A model generated the notes under the pieces. The model searched no databases and was not told where the DNA came from. It saw nothing but the letters and a program-made list of their open reading frames with translations. This document shows positions 63,764 to 64,000 of a stretch of 64,000 nt of DNA, piece by piece. The DNA is from a phage. Location of the stretch: sequence record PZ386966.1, one strand, 5' to 3'. The position numbers and the translations under genes were made by a program. Within the stretch, counting starts at the first letter, position 1. The number at the start of each line of letters is the position of its first letter.

Positions 63764-64000
63764 GGATTGTGCAGGTAGAGTTCTGTAGAGAAATCTGTAG
63801 AGAAAATTTTGAACTCCAAAGAGAAAATTCATTTTCAAACTGTGCAGGTAATCTCCAAAGAGCTTTTTCATTTTCAAAACGTGCAGACCCCACTCAGGTC
63901 GGGCAAGAAAAATCATTTGAGAATTGTGCAGGTAGGTTTTTATAGACAGCCAGACCAACCCCTCTCCCCCTCTTACTCCCCCTCTCCCAAAGAGTCAAGA
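63764..64000. repeat. iteron-like direct repeat array plus polypyrimidine tract, running off the window edge
   Basis: 'tgtgcaggta' at 63768, 63841, 63925 (variant 'cgtgcag' at 63880); ~37-bp units 'ctccaaagag...cattttcaaa..tgtgcaggta' at 63814 and 63853; 'tctgtagag' twice; 'tccccctct' twice (63965, 63977). Confidence 0.7.

Noticed and set aside
63761-63958. 65 aa minus-strand track ORF in the terminal repeat region
   Set aside because: Lies entirely within the direct-repeat array; translation is repeat-driven low complexity.
63764-64000. Possible CRISPR array
   Set aside because: Repeats are short, heterogeneous and irregularly spaced with no uniform spacers; better described as iterons or promoter repeats.

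Overview
This 64 kb window reads as one contiguous piece of a virulent-looking, AT-rich tailed dsDNA phage genome with a contractile-tail (myovirus-type) layout. No integrase or lysogeny module is visible. From left to right: (1) a rightward structural module from large terminase through portal, S49 protease/scaffold, major capsid protein, sheath, tube, tape measure and baseplate to two tail-fibre genes with collar domains and His-x-His repeat tips (1-23454); (2) a leftward early block (23492-33324) with thymidylate synthase, DHFR, small proteins, an Xre-type HTH protein, ATP-dependent DNA ligase, and a family-A DNA polymerase split inside motif B by an apparent group I intron carrying an endonuclease-VII-like homing endonuclease; (3) a rightward replication and nucleotide-metabolism block (33548-63682) with dNMP kinase, T7 gp4-like primase-helicase, SSB, 5'-3' exonuclease, free-standing homing endonucleases, class I (nrdAB plus glutaredoxin) and class III (nrdDG) ribonucleotide reductases, a PRPP-synthetase-like and NAMPT-like pair (candidate NAD+ reconstitution counter-defence), rIIA/rIIB, a lysis-like cassette and a macro-domain protein. 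The window ends in an iteron-like repeat array and a polypyrimidine tract. Gene content is reminiscent of Felix-O1-like myoviruses, but that is inference. All calls rest on motifs read from the supplied translations and DNA; no database search was run.
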